Positions 21,505-31,500 of a DNA stretch of 64,000 nt are shown here, piece after piece. Made by a program: the position numbers and the translations under genes. The stretch comes from Parcubacteria group bacterium (GTDB taxonomy: Bacteria > Patescibacteriota > Patescibacteriia > UBA1558 > GWA2-36-10), in the NCBI GenBank assembly GCA_003104935.1, contig PQAE01000010.1, positions 77,768 to 141,767 on the forward strand, given 5' to 3'. Under the pieces are notes generated by a model. It was not told the DNA's origin and ran no database searches. It worked only from the letters and a program-made list of their open reading frames with translations. Every line of letters begins with the position of its first letter. Within the stretch, counting starts at the first letter, position 1.

Positions 21505-21906
21505 TTAATTGGTCAAATCTTTGTGGTTGTCGCGACGAAAAATCAAAGTAACTAATTCGATCACGGCCGCCAGGATAATCAGCAATAGTAAATTCCACCA
21601 GGTCAGTATCCGCATGGCTTGCAACCATAGCGCGGCGATCAAGACACCGCTCAGGACTAGGGCCTGGCGGAAAGACTCCATGGCCATCATCCGCACTAGT
21701 CCGCGGTCTTTGTTGACCAACTGGCGTAGCCACAAGCCCAACACTGAAAAAGTACCCAGCAGGGCTAAAAATAAAAAACAATAAAATATTAAAAAAACTG
21801 TAACACCGCCTTCACTGGGGTTAAAATTAACTAAAACTACCGACCAGCCGGCCCAGGCGATAATCGTGGCTACCAGCATGGTTAAAGTGTAGCTTCTGAT
21901 ATTCAT
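21505..21906 (-). CDS. Small integral membrane protein, 4 predicted TM helices, unknown function
   Basis: 133 aa and hydrophobic throughout. The start codon abuts one arm of the P palindrome. Confidence 0.5.
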   Translation of the reverse strand: MNIRSYTLTMLVATIIAWAGWSVVLVNFNPSEGGVTVFLIFYCFLFLALLGTFSVLGLWLRQLVNKDRGLVRMMAMESFRQALVLSGVLIAALWLQAMRILTWWNLLLLIILAAVIELVTLIFRRDNHKDLTN

Positions 21907-21976
21907 CCCGTTAGAAATTTAAATAATACTTAGACATCTCTTGCTTCATAATATACCCGCTAAATTTCTAACGGGA
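21906..21976. repeat. P-motif inverted-repeat pair (TCCCGTTAGAAATTT ... AAATTTCTAACGGGA) separated by a 41-nt spacer
   Basis: Perfect 15-nt arms at 21906-21920 and 21962-21976. The same motif appears at 28966-28995 and 31401-31490. Confidence 0.6.
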
Positions 21977-22013
21977 TTCATGCTATAAATAGTAGCAAAA
22001 AACAACTCTAAAA

Positions 22014-22310
22014 TCAACCCAAAAACCTTAAATTATAGACTATTTTCTCGCTAAATTTATCATTTAAAATGGCCAAAAACTCAACCTGCTGGCTTTCCAG
22101 TTCATTGCGCAGACTCTGAGACAAGATCGCCATGGTCAGGATGCCCTCACTAAAATATATTGCCCGGGCTTTTTCAAAGGCTTCGGCTCCAAAAAAATTA
22201 CGGATAATCTCATTGGCTTGATCCAAAACCAAAGCATCCTGCACTTTTGTGTGCAGACCTTTATCAGTCAGCCTTTGCTGAGCCAAATCTTTGAGTGAAT
22301 TCCAGGGCAT
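22014..22310 (-). CDS. DUF721/DciA-like small protein
   Basis: 98 aa with an ...ARAIYFSEGILTMAILSQSLRNELESQQVEFLAILNDKF...VYNLRF pattern similar to DciA/DUF721. Confidence 0.45.
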   Translation of the reverse strand: MPWNSLKDLAQQRLTDKGLHTKVQDALVLDQANEIIRNFFGAEAFEKARAIYFSEGILTMAILSQSLRNELESQQVEFLAILNDKFSEKIVYNLRFLG

Positions 22311-22326
22311 TTCTTTAACTATTTAG

Positions 22327-22367
22327 ACCCCTCTCCCTCCCCCTTACCAAGGGGGAGAAGGCGGGGG
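22327..22367. repeat. C-run/G-run hairpin element, copy 2 of 5
   Basis: CCCTCTCCCTCCCCCTTACCAAGGGGGAGAAGGCGGGGGTT. Fills the 57-nt gap between the helicase stop and the next start, with the G-arm about 20 nt before the AUG. Confidence 0.55.
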
Positions 22368-25300
22368 TTATCTCTTATCTACTTTGGCAAAGGGACAAAT
22401 TTTATTAAAATCACAACTATTGCAGACAAAGCCGGGAGTGGCCGTAAAATCCTGGGACATAATTTTTTCAATAATGCCCGTGGCCCACTCTTTGGTCTTG
22501 ATCAATTCCTTTTCTGTCCCCAAAAATGAAACTTCAGAATTATTGGTCAGATAATAATAAGTCAGCTGGGCTACTTCGGTTTTAAAAATATCCTGCGCCG
22601 CCAATTGATACAAGAGCAATTGTCTTTTTTCTTGCCAGCGTACTTTTTCATCAAGCTTAGGTTTGCCGGTTTTGTAATCAATAATGCTCCAAGATTTTTT
22701 TTCGTCATCGATGCGATCGATCACTCCCCGCAAACTATAATCTTGGAGCTTCATAGTAAAGGATTTTTCCAAATACAAGGGAATAGCAAACTGACCATTA
22801 AACTTTTTGTAATAATCTTTAAGCATACGCTGGCCATCCAGGCGGTATTTTTCTTTATCTTCGGCCGAAGGAAACCAATCATCAACCCACGAATCATCAT
22901 AAAGCGCCAGTAATTCTTTCTCTGTGGGGTATTTAATTTCTTGACTGCTATTTTTGCCCAAGGCGGATCCGCCTAGGGCGGAAAATAAATCACTTTGCCC
23001 GCCATTGTGTCGGTCAATGATCAACTGATAAAACTTTTGCAGAGTGGAGTGCATGGTCTTGCCAAAGCTGAAGTGAGCGTTGCCCCGGGTCGGAACTTTG
23101 ATGATAAAACTATAAAAATACTGCCAAGGACAGCTATCGTAAGCGGCCAGCTGGGAAAAGGAAAAAACTTTGGGCAAGGTATAACTAATTTTTTTAGTGG
23201 TCGGTGGCAGGACAGCCGGTTCCGCGGATTTTTGTAATTTGATTTCTTTGGTTTTGAGTTTTATCTCCTCCAGAAAACGTGAGGGCTTGCGTTCACTGCT
23301 GCCGCCGTAATCTTTGGCCCAGGTCAAAAATACGCCGAGCTTGGCGCGGGTGAGAGCCACGTAAAACAGCCGCCGCTCCTCTTGCAGATGGGCATCACCG
23401 GTCGGTAGAGTTTCATTGATAAATTTTTCCGGGATTTCAATAGTATCTTTACGCTCGGTGCTGGGAAATCGCAGATGCACCAGATTGGTCACAAAAACAT
23501 ATTTAAACTCCAAGCCCTTGGCGCCATGCACGGTCATCACTTTGACCACATCCGGTCCGGACTCCTCGTCATACTGCAGAGCGCCCTGCTCGCCGGACTC
23601 AAACTCCAGCTCCATGGCCTGTAAAAACTCGTGGACCGTGGACTGGCCCAGCGCTTCTTCTTCCCAGGCCCGGATCTTGCGATAAAACTGATTGAGAAAC
23701 TGCTGTTGTTCTTTATTATATTGATTCAGCTCCAGTGTAATAGTCTGCAGATAACCGCTATCCTCCAGCCAGGCATAGACCACTTGCGACACCGGCTTGA
23801 GCTTGGCCAGCTCCGTGTGTTTACTAATATTGTTTAAAACATTTTCTATGACCCGTTCCTCACCCAGAGGTAAACTGATATGGGCGCGGTAATTTTTCAA
23901 AGTATAATACAAGCTCCAGGATTTTTTATTGGCCAGATGACTGAGATTAATAATCGTTTCACTTTTTAGTCCGGTGTGCGGTAAACTCAGGATGCGAAAC
24001 AAAGCCGTGGACTCATGATAATTATCCAGTAATTTTAAATAGGCCATGATGTCCAGCACGATGTCCTGTGAGTAAAGCCCGCGCGAAGCCATAAACTGGT
24101 GTGGCATGCCTAATTTCCTCATCATCGACACAAAGCCCTGGGCCTGATCATTGGCCCGCACCAAAATAGCAAAATCCGACCAATCTACTGATTTGTCTTT
24201 TTTCTTTATTTCCCAAATTTTGTTGAGCACGCCATCAATCTCGGAATTTTTATCCACGAAAGAAAGTATTTCCACACTACCCTCATCTTTGTTATGGCTT
24301 TTCAACCTTTTGCTAATCCCGTGGGCGCGGCCACGCGACTTTACGGGATTATACTGAAACTCCAGTCGGTCCGGATTATTGAGCTGGATAAAATCATAAG
24401 CCGTGTCCAAGATTTTTTGCCCGGAGCGGTAATTGTCCGTCAGAAATATTTCCGTCAGACCCGCACTGACTGTCTTTTTTGGTCGTGTACCTCCGCCCGA
24501 GCCGGAGCGAGGTGCGGATCGCCCTTTGGGCGAAAACTCTTTTTTGAAACTCAAAATATTGGCGATAGCCGCGCCGCGGAATTTGTAAATGGCTTGATCA
24601 TCATCACCCACCACCATTAGATTATTTTTTGGTGCGGCCAATAATTTTATCAGTTCATATTGCGCCCAGTTGGTATCCTGAAACTCGTCCACTAAGATAT
24701 ATTTAAATTGCTGACGAAATTTTTTGAGTATGGCCGGACGCTTTTGAAATAATTGTAAAGTATAATTAATCAAATCACCAAAATCCAAAGCATTTTTTTC
24801 CAGCAGTAATTGTTGGTAGACATGATAGGCATTGGCTACTTCTTTGACTCGGGCTATTTCCATAGCCACTTCTTCGCGGTCCCCGGCCTGATCGCTGTCC
24901 AAGTGTAAATCTTCGGCGTATTTCAAATATTCCTCGGTGGAAATTACTTCGTCCTTGAGCCGGGAAAAATGAGTGAGCAATGCATGGATAAAACGAGTGG
25001 GACTGCCCAGCGGCCGATAATAATCCAAGTCAAATTTATCAATATTATTGCGCACAAAGACCCAAGCCGCGGTTTGGTTTAAGACTTTAAAATCATTGGG
25101 TACGCCGATATCAATGGCGTAATCTTTCAAAACCCGTTCACAAAATCCGTGAAAAGTGTGGATCCACAAATCGCTATATCCTAGCGGTAAAATCCGGTCC
25201 ACCCGCTCGGCCATTTCCCCGGCGGCTTTTTCCGTAAAAGTGACGGCCAAAATCTCCTCCGGTTTAGCTTTGCCCTGTTCTATCAGATAGGCCATGCGTT

Positions 25301-25415
25301 GGCTAATGACCGTGGTCTTACCGGTGCCGGCCCCGGCAATCAAAATAACCGGCCCGGTGTCGTGCATCACAGCCGTTTTTTGAGCAATATTTAGCTTTGA
25401 TAGGTCTAATGGCAT
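22368..25415 (-). CDS. UvrD/PcrA-type superfamily 1 helicase fused to a C-terminal Fe-S PD-(D/E)xK (RecB/AddB/Cas4-like) nuclease domain
   Basis: Walker A GAGTGKTT near the N-terminus plus the UvrD motifs. C-terminus carries ...GVIDRIDD...IIDYKTGKPK... and a Cys cluster CPW...CNSCDFNKICPF. Confidence 0.85.
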   Translation of the reverse strand: MPLDLSKLNIAQKTAVMHDTGPVILIAGAGTGKTTVISQRMAYLIEQGKAKPEEILAVTFTEKAAGEMAERVDRILPLGYSDLWIHTFHGFCERVLKDYAIDIGVPNDFKVLNQTAAWVFVRNNIDKFDLDYYRPLGSPTRFIHALLTHFSRLKDEVISTEEYLKYAEDLHLDSDQAGDREEVAMEIARVKEVANAYHVYQQLLLEKNALDFGDLINYTLQLFQKRPAILKKFRQQFKYILVDEFQDTNWAQYELIKLLAAPKNNLMVVGDDDQAIYKFRGAAIANILSFKKEFSPKGRSAPRSGSGGGTRPKKTVSAGLTEIFLTDNYRSGQKILDTAYDFIQLNNPDRLEFQYNPVKSRGRAHGISKRLKSHNKDEGSVEILSFVDKNSEIDGVLNKIWEIKKKDKSVDWSDFAILVRANDQAQGFVSMMRKLGMPHQFMASRGLYSQDIVLDIMAYLKLLDNYHESTALFRILSLPHTGLKSETIINLSHLANKKSWSLYYTLKNYRAHISLPLGEERVIENVLNNISKHTELAKLKPVSQVVYAWLEDSGYLQTITLELNQYNKEQQQFLNQFYRKIRAWEEEALGQSTVHEFLQAMELEFESGEQGALQYDEESGPDVVKVMTVHGAKGLEFKYVFVTNLVHLRFPSTERKDTIEIPEKFINETLPTGDAHLQEERRLFYVALTRAKLGVFLTWAKDYGGSSERKPSRFLEEIKLKTKEIKLQKSAEPAVLPPTTKKISYTLPKVFSFSQLAAYDSCPWQYFYSFIIKVPTRGNAHFSFGKTMHSTLQKFYQLIIDRHNGGQSDLFSALGGSALGKNSSQEIKYPTEKELLALYDDSWVDDWFPSAEDKEKYRLDGQRMLKDYYKKFNGQFAIPLYLEKSFTMKLQDYSLRGVIDRIDDEKKSWSIIDYKTGKPKLDEKVRWQEKRQLLLYQLAAQDIFKTEVAQLTYYYLTNNSEVSFLGTEKELIKTKEWATGIIEKIMSQDFTATPGFVCNSCDFNKICPFAKVDKR

Positions 25416-25473
25416 AAGCCAATTTTACCGAAAAAACAAAGAAAAAGCCAGTCAGAAACAAACTCATTTTATA

Positions 25474-25535
25474 CCCCCTCGCCCTCCCCCTTCCGCCAGA
25501 GGCGGACAAGTACTAAGGGTGAGAAGGTGGGGGTC
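25474..25535. repeat. C-run/G-run hairpin element, copy 3 of 5 (long form)
   Basis: CCCCCTCGCCCTCCCCCTTCCGCCAGAGGCGGACAAGTACTAAGGGTGAGAAGGTGGGGGTC, nearly identical over about 55 nt to the copy at 46308-46362. Confidence 0.6.
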
Positions 25536-25600
25536 ATGCCGGATTTAATCCGGCATCTCAAGGCCACGAGGTATTGAGATTCCCGCATCAATGCGGGATG

Positions 25601-25642
25601 ACAAAATAAAAAGGCCCCCCGGAGCCTTGGCGTAGGGGGCCT
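25601..25642 (-). terminator. Intrinsic terminator downstream of the small secreted-protein gene
   Basis: Minus-strand RNA: AGGCCCCC-uacgccaaggcuccgg-GGGGGCCU followed by UUUUUAUUUUGU. Confidence 0.7.
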
Positions 25643-25663
25643 TCAAATTCCTTTCTTTGTACC

Positions 25664-26056
25664 TTAGCGGTACCTCTCCTTCATGCCGGACCAGGTCTCG
25701 GGCTGGACGTTGACGGCGCCGCCAGGGACGGGACCAAGATTGACCCAGGTGTTGAAGTTCTGGTTGATCCACCCATCGCCATTGCTGGTGATAGCCGTCA
25801 GGTAGTTGAAAAACACGATGTCCGAAACAGGGACCGGAGGCACCGAGGATACGAGCATGGTGTCCCAGTATGGTCTGACGGGATTGAGTTCATAGATCCA
25901 GCTACCAGATTGCACGTAGGTAGCCCCACCGCTTCCGAGAACCCTGAAATTTGACCCGCTCTGTGCTTGCGCGTCGCTCCGGAAAGCGTGCACATAGAGC
26001 ACACAGCTCACTGCCAGAATCAGGCAGGACAGGGAAAACAGGAAAAAGCGTTTCAC
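25664..26056 (-). CDS. Small secreted protein (signal peptide), GC-rich relative to its neighbours, unknown function
   Basis: MKRFFLFSLSCLILAVSCVLYVHA signal peptide. GTG start with an AGAGAGGTAG Shine-Dalgarno sequence. Visibly higher GC than flanking genes. Confidence 0.6.
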   Translation of the reverse strand: MKRFFLFSLSCLILAVSCVLYVHAFRSDAQAQSGSNFRVLGSGGATYVQSGSWIYELNPVRPYWDTMLVSSVPPVPVSDIVFFNYLTAITSNGDGWINQNFNTWVNLGPVPGGAVNVQPETWSGMKERYR

Positions 26057-26153
26057 GACTCTACCTCTCTTTCAGGTTTACAAAGAAAAGATTTCAAGGC
26101 ACGAACAAACAATGTAAATTACTACTTTAAAATAATACTGTCAAATAACAAAA

Positions 26154-26183
26154 AGGCCCAGAGCGTAGCGTAGGGCCTTTTTA
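26154..26183. terminator. Bidirectional intrinsic terminator-like hairpin
   Basis: AAAAAGGCCC-agagcguagcgu-AGGGCCUUUUU: an A-run before the stem and a T-run after it, so it is terminator-like on both strands. Confidence 0.6.
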
Positions 26184-26417
26184 CAATAAAGAAATCCTTT
26201 TAAATTTGCGAGCCATCAGAGAAAATCTTAGAATTTGGCAGTGAGGCCGGCGTATATTTTTGCGCTGTTTGAGACTGAGTCTTGAGCGCAGCGAAAGACG
26301 AAGGCGAGTTCGCAAAAATAGCTGGCCGAACAAACAAATTCTTTAGATTTTTCCTCTGCGGCTCGCGCTTTTTTCTGCGCAACTCTTTTTGTGCTCACAA
26401 AAAGAGTTGCAAAACAT

Positions 26418-28199
26418 TTAGTAATAATAAATATAGCACGCCCCACCGCCCATATCATCCGGCACATCGCAAATTTCCCATTTAATTTTCCGCGGCCGCG
26501 GACACACGCCTCCTTCGTCAATCTGACTATTGCAATTATTATCCAGACCATCGCAAATTTCCAAAGCGCCAGGATGAATATTTTGGTTGTTATCATTACA
26601 GTCGGGCTGAACATACTCACAGGCTTCCAGACCGGCGGTACCATAATCATCACCGTCACGGTCAATACAAAGCACTACACAACCCGGACCATTGTCCAAT
26701 CCGTCGCAATTACTATCTACGCCGTCATCGCAATATTCCGTAGCCCCGGAATAAATATTTATATTATCATCGTTACAATCCGGCTGGGAATATGGGCACA
26801 GCGCAAAGCCGCTCGTGCCGTAGCCGTCATGATCATTGTCTACGCAAGGATCGCACAAAGCCGGGTCATCGATCTGACCGTTGCAATCATTATCAATGCC
26901 GTCACTGCAAACTTCGGTAGCGTCGGGATTGATGTCACCACTGGCGACGCGACAAGATAATTTAGTCAGATTAGAAGTTGTAAAAGTACCGTCGTCATTC
27001 CAGATCATCCGTTTCAGGCGCAGATCACGGGTATGGGTCGGCCAGTCGCCCGAATAAGGATTGGCCGCTATGCTCTGCGACATGATCCAGGTATCGCCAT
27101 AGGGCACGACGATCTCGGAGGCGTTTACTCCCGGGTCGGGAATGCTACCGCGGTAGGCCCAGTTCAGACTGCCCTGATCATCCACACTTAGATCAGGGCT
27201 GGAAAGATACTGAATTTCAGTACGCGGATTGGGAATGTTATAATAATCCTCCTGATCAGTATAGTCGGTAAAAAACAAATAAAAATTATTATTGTACTCG
27301 GTAACAAAAGGATTTTCGGCAACATGGCCGGTAAGTTGGAGACCGACTCCGCCTTGATCAGCGTAAAGTTTCTTGGTGGCTAGGATATAGCCGGCACCGG
27401 CCCAATTAATCAAATCTGGAGATTGGGCGACTGAAATCATCTGCCCTGCCGGCAAACCGATATTACTGTTAACGGTCATAAACATCAGCCAGCGATTATT
27501 AACCTCATCACGAATAACAAAAGGGTCCCGGCACTGATTATCGTAGGGTTCGCCCGATCCCCAACGCGTCCAGCTCTCATTACAATCATAAACACACCCG
27601 TCGCCGGCCGTACCCAAACAATTGTTTAGCGGATACTTTGTCCAAGTGGTTAAATCCGGCGAAGTGGCCACGCCGATCCTCTGCTCGGCATCAGGATCAG
27701 ATCCGCCCGCGGTCACACCGGAATAAAACATATAATACAAACTGCCTGCGGGATTTTTTATCACATATGGAGCCCATAAACCGTAAGAATCCCAGCCGGC
27801 CGGATTTTGCATCAGGGCCGGACCGACATAAGTTAGAGATTGTAGATCGGTGGCAGTGTAATGCTCTATATAATCACCATACCCCTGATCTTCATTTTGG
27901 AAAAACAAATGATACAGACCGCTATCGTCCTGAATCCAAGCATGATCAGCGATATCGTCGTCGCTATCGGGATCAACCTTACTTTCCAAAAAAGTCGGCA
28001 GGCTGTTAGGATTACAAGCTTGGGTGCTCGTAATATATTTTGATTGCAGACTATCCACGCAATCATTACCTCCAGATTGTTCGCCAATAAAACCGTCATC
28101 GTCAATATCCGGCGTGTTGGCGCTGGCCAGCAAATCTGGTATTTGTGAACCAAATAAAAAAAACAGCAGTAATGTTGCTGTCAAAAAATATATTTTCAT
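26418..28199 (-). CDS. Secreted five-bladed beta-propeller glycoside-hydrolase-like protein (GH43/GH32 superfamily) with C-terminal MopE-type Cys/Asp-rich putative metal-binding repeats
   Basis: Signal peptide MKIYFLTATLLLFFLFG. WIQDDSGLYHLFFQ resembles the WMNDPNG..YHLFYQ box; also GLWAPYV and CRDPFVIRDE. Repeats DCNDxNxNIxxGAxExCDGxDNxCxxQIDE occur 2-3 times. Start set at the internal ATG 28199. Confidence 0.6.
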   Translation of the reverse strand: MKIYFLTATLLLFFLFGSQIPDLLASANTPDIDDDGFIGEQSGGNDCVDSLQSKYITSTQACNPNSLPTFLESKVDPDSDDDIADHAWIQDDSGLYHLFFQNEDQGYGDYIEHYTATDLQSLTYVGPALMQNPAGWDSYGLWAPYVIKNPAGSLYYMFYSGVTAGGSDPDAEQRIGVATSPDLTTWTKYPLNNCLGTAGDGCVYDCNESWTRWGSGEPYDNQCRDPFVIRDEVNNRWLMFMTVNSNIGLPAGQMISVAQSPDLINWAGAGYILATKKLYADQGGVGLQLTGHVAENPFVTEYNNNFYLFFTDYTDQEDYYNIPNPRTEIQYLSSPDLSVDDQGSLNWAYRGSIPDPGVNASEIVVPYGDTWIMSQSIAANPYSGDWPTHTRDLRLKRMIWNDDGTFTTSNLTKLSCRVASGDINPDATEVCSDGIDNDCNGQIDDPALCDPCVDNDHDGYGTSGFALCPYSQPDCNDDNINIYSGATEYCDDGVDSNCDGLDNGPGCVVLCIDRDGDDYGTAGLEACEYVQPDCNDNNQNIHPGALEICDGLDNNCNSQIDEGGVCPRPRKIKWEICDVPDDMGGGACYIYYY

Positions 28200-28294
28200 T
28201 CTGGGCGAGTAAAATCTTTCTTTTAAATACATAAAACAAGAATTCTTCTATTTACCCTCCCTCCATATTATAACCCTATCGGGAATATCCTGTA

Positions 28295-28338
28295 AATACA
28301 AACGAATAAAGCCCCGCCGCGTCTAACGCGGTGGGGCT
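28295..28338 (-). terminator. Intrinsic terminator downstream of the 28359-28874 gene
   Basis: 12-bp stem AGCCCCGCCGCG-ucuaa-CGCGGUGGGGCU with one G-U pair, followed on the minus strand by UUUAUUCGUUUGUAUUU. Confidence 0.6.
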
Positions 28339-28358
28339 TGAGGTTTCGGCCTGACGGC

Positions 28359-28874
28359 CTATTTTACTTCCAGCGGATAACAATCCTCCGGAACGATAGT
28401 AGTGGAAAGTGCATGCAGGTCCCGAGGCACCAAGACCATGTATCTGATGTTCAGGCCGTGCTCATGCAAAGCCTGTAAGTTTCGCTTGATCTGCTCGGAT
28501 CGTGTGCTGGCCAGGAGTTCCTCCACGGCCATGACGATCTTGATGCCCAAGACCGATTTGACCCGTCGCAGATCGCCGACATAGGTCTCCAGCTCCTCTT
28601 CCGGAGAAGCAAAGTTATGGGAACCGCCGTGGTCCCCGCAGTCCCAGTGCTTGAGCACCAAGATATCGCTGACCCCGTGCAAACCGCACGAGACCTGCAC
28701 GATGCTACGCACCAAGTCGCTGGTGACCGTACAGCCGGGCTGAAACCGGCGAGTACTGCCAGGCCGGGTATGCAAATCTATCGCCGGCCGGTCAAAAATC
28801 TCTTGCGCCAAAGACATTGTCCTTGGCATCCAACGCCCATCCACACAAGCGATAGCCGCTCCGTAGTGACCCAC
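28359..28874 (-). CDS. Beta-carbonic-anhydrase-like protein (C-x-D-x-R and H-x-D-C-G motifs), GC-rich paralogue
   Basis: CVDGRW...HWDCGDHGG. GTG start with an AAGGAGAGGTG Shine-Dalgarno sequence. Paralogue of the 29036-29485 gene. Confidence 0.5.
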   Translation of the reverse strand: MGHYGAAIACVDGRWMPRTMSLAQEIFDRPAIDLHTRPGSTRRFQPGCTVTSDLVRSIVQVSCGLHGVSDILVLKHWDCGDHGGSHNFASPEEELETYVGDLRRVKSVLGIKIVMAVEELLASTRSEQIKRNLQALHEHGLNIRYMVLVPRDLHALSTTIVPEDCYPLEVK

Positions 28875-28965
28875 AGCACCTCTCCTTTGTCACTTTGCCC
28901 AATTTAACGAACAAGCAAACATAAACAGAACCAAAAAATTGTACCATAAAAACAAAAACACGTCA

Positions 28966-28995
28966 AGCCCGTTAGAAATTTATTTCTAACGGGCT
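28966..28995. repeat. P-motif palindrome AGCCCGTTAGAAATTTATTTCTAACGGGCT
   Basis: Perfect 14-bp arms separated by 2 nt, lying between the two beta-CA-like genes. Confidence 0.6.
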
Positions 28996-29035
28996 CAATA
29001 GGATACCGTGTTTTCACTATGTTTATCCCGGTTAT

Positions 29036-29485
29036 TTATTCAATAACCACATATTCTAAACCTTGGGGAGCAGTCTTGCTATAAGCCATGATTATCTCCA
29101 GCTCAGCCGGTAGCTCGGCGGCCAGCATATCTTTGGCCGCCCGCAAATCTTTTTGATAAGTCTCTTCTTCAGCCACGGCTGAAGCAAAATTTTTACTACC
29201 GCCATAGGCGCCGCAATCATGATGCCAAAGTAATAATAATTTTTTGATGTGATGCAGATTTATGGAAACATTGACTATTTTCTCCACAAATGTTTTTTTA
29301 AAGCCGTTGCCGTTTAAAATTTCTTTGCCGGCTCCGGGCCAGGCATAGAGATCAAAATCTTTAAAGCCCAGTCCGCTGGCGATAAATTCCTGATCAGCTT
29401 CGCGAAACCGAAAATCAACGCATTTGATCACCGCCAGCGGGCAGTCGTGCTTAGACAAATTATCGTTGGGCACAATCTTATTCAT
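29036..29485 (-). CDS. Beta-carbonic-anhydrase-like protein, AT-rich paralogue
   Basis: CVDFRFRE...WHHDCGAYGGSKNFAS. Start placed at the internal MNKIV codon because the longer ORF would overlap atpC. Confidence 0.5.
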   Translation of the reverse strand: MNKIVPNDNLSKHDCPLAVIKCVDFRFREADQEFIASGLGFKDFDLYAWPGAGKEILNGNGFKKTFVEKIVNVSINLHHIKKLLLLWHHDCGAYGGSKNFASAVAEEETYQKDLRAAKDMLAAELPAELEIIMAYSKTAPQGLEYVVIE

Positions 29486-29489
29486 ATAT

Positions 29490-29939
29490 TTATTCTCCTT
29501 CTGGTCTGATACTACTGCGCACTCCTTTGAGCTTATGTTTCCGGGCGACCCGCAGACGGGCCATTTCTTTTTCCATCTGCGCGGTGAAAAAGGCAAACTC
29601 GCGGGCGTCTTTGACTTTGGTCTGACGCATCTCTTCCGCGCGCCGATGAGCCTCAGCCGCCTGGCGCTCGTCGATCTCCTCGGCTCTTTCGGCACTATCC
29701 GCCAAGATAATCACTTGGTCCGGCAGGATTTCGATAAATCCGCCGGAGATGGCCATCAGTGATTCCTGGTGTCCCTCATGCTTGATGATGATTTCACCAG
29801 GCTTGAGCTGACTGACCAGCGGCAGATGGTTAGGCAAAATAGTAATTTGCCCCAAAGCGGTTGAAACCGACACTTGAGCCACGGGTTCGGAAAAAAGCAC
29901 TTTATCCGGAGTGACTATTTTTAAATTAAACTGAGCCAT
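29490..29939 (-). CDS. atpC: F1Fo ATP synthase epsilon subunit
   Basis: MAQFNLKIVTPDKVLFSE... matches the epsilon N-terminus. Start set at the second Met. Confidence 0.85.
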   Translation of the reverse strand: MAQFNLKIVTPDKVLFSEPVAQVSVSTALGQITILPNHLPLVSQLKPGEIIIKHEGHQESLMAISGGFIEILPDQVIILADSAERAEEIDERQAAEAHRRAEEMRQTKVKDAREFAFFTAQMEKEMARLRVARKHKLKGVRSSIRPEGE

Positions 29940-29981
29940 GATCTTAATCCTTTTGTTAAAATTAGTCAATCATAATATTAA

Positions 29982-31490
<1,509 letters not shown>

Positions 31491-31500
31491 AGCCATTTTT

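Noticed and set aside
25318-25509. 63-aa minus-strand ORF overlapping the helicase start
   Set aside because: It overlaps the helicase N-terminus in another frame and runs through the C-run/G-run repeat. Its Arg/Gly-rich translation is typical of reading a GC repeat.
29490-29969. Longer 159-aa atpC and 219-aa beta-CA-like ORFs as given in the ORF track
   Set aside because: The N-terminal extensions overlap neighbouring genes and lack family features. Internal Met codons (MAQFNLKIV for atpC and MNKIV for the beta-CA-like gene) give canonical N-termini and non-overlapping genes.
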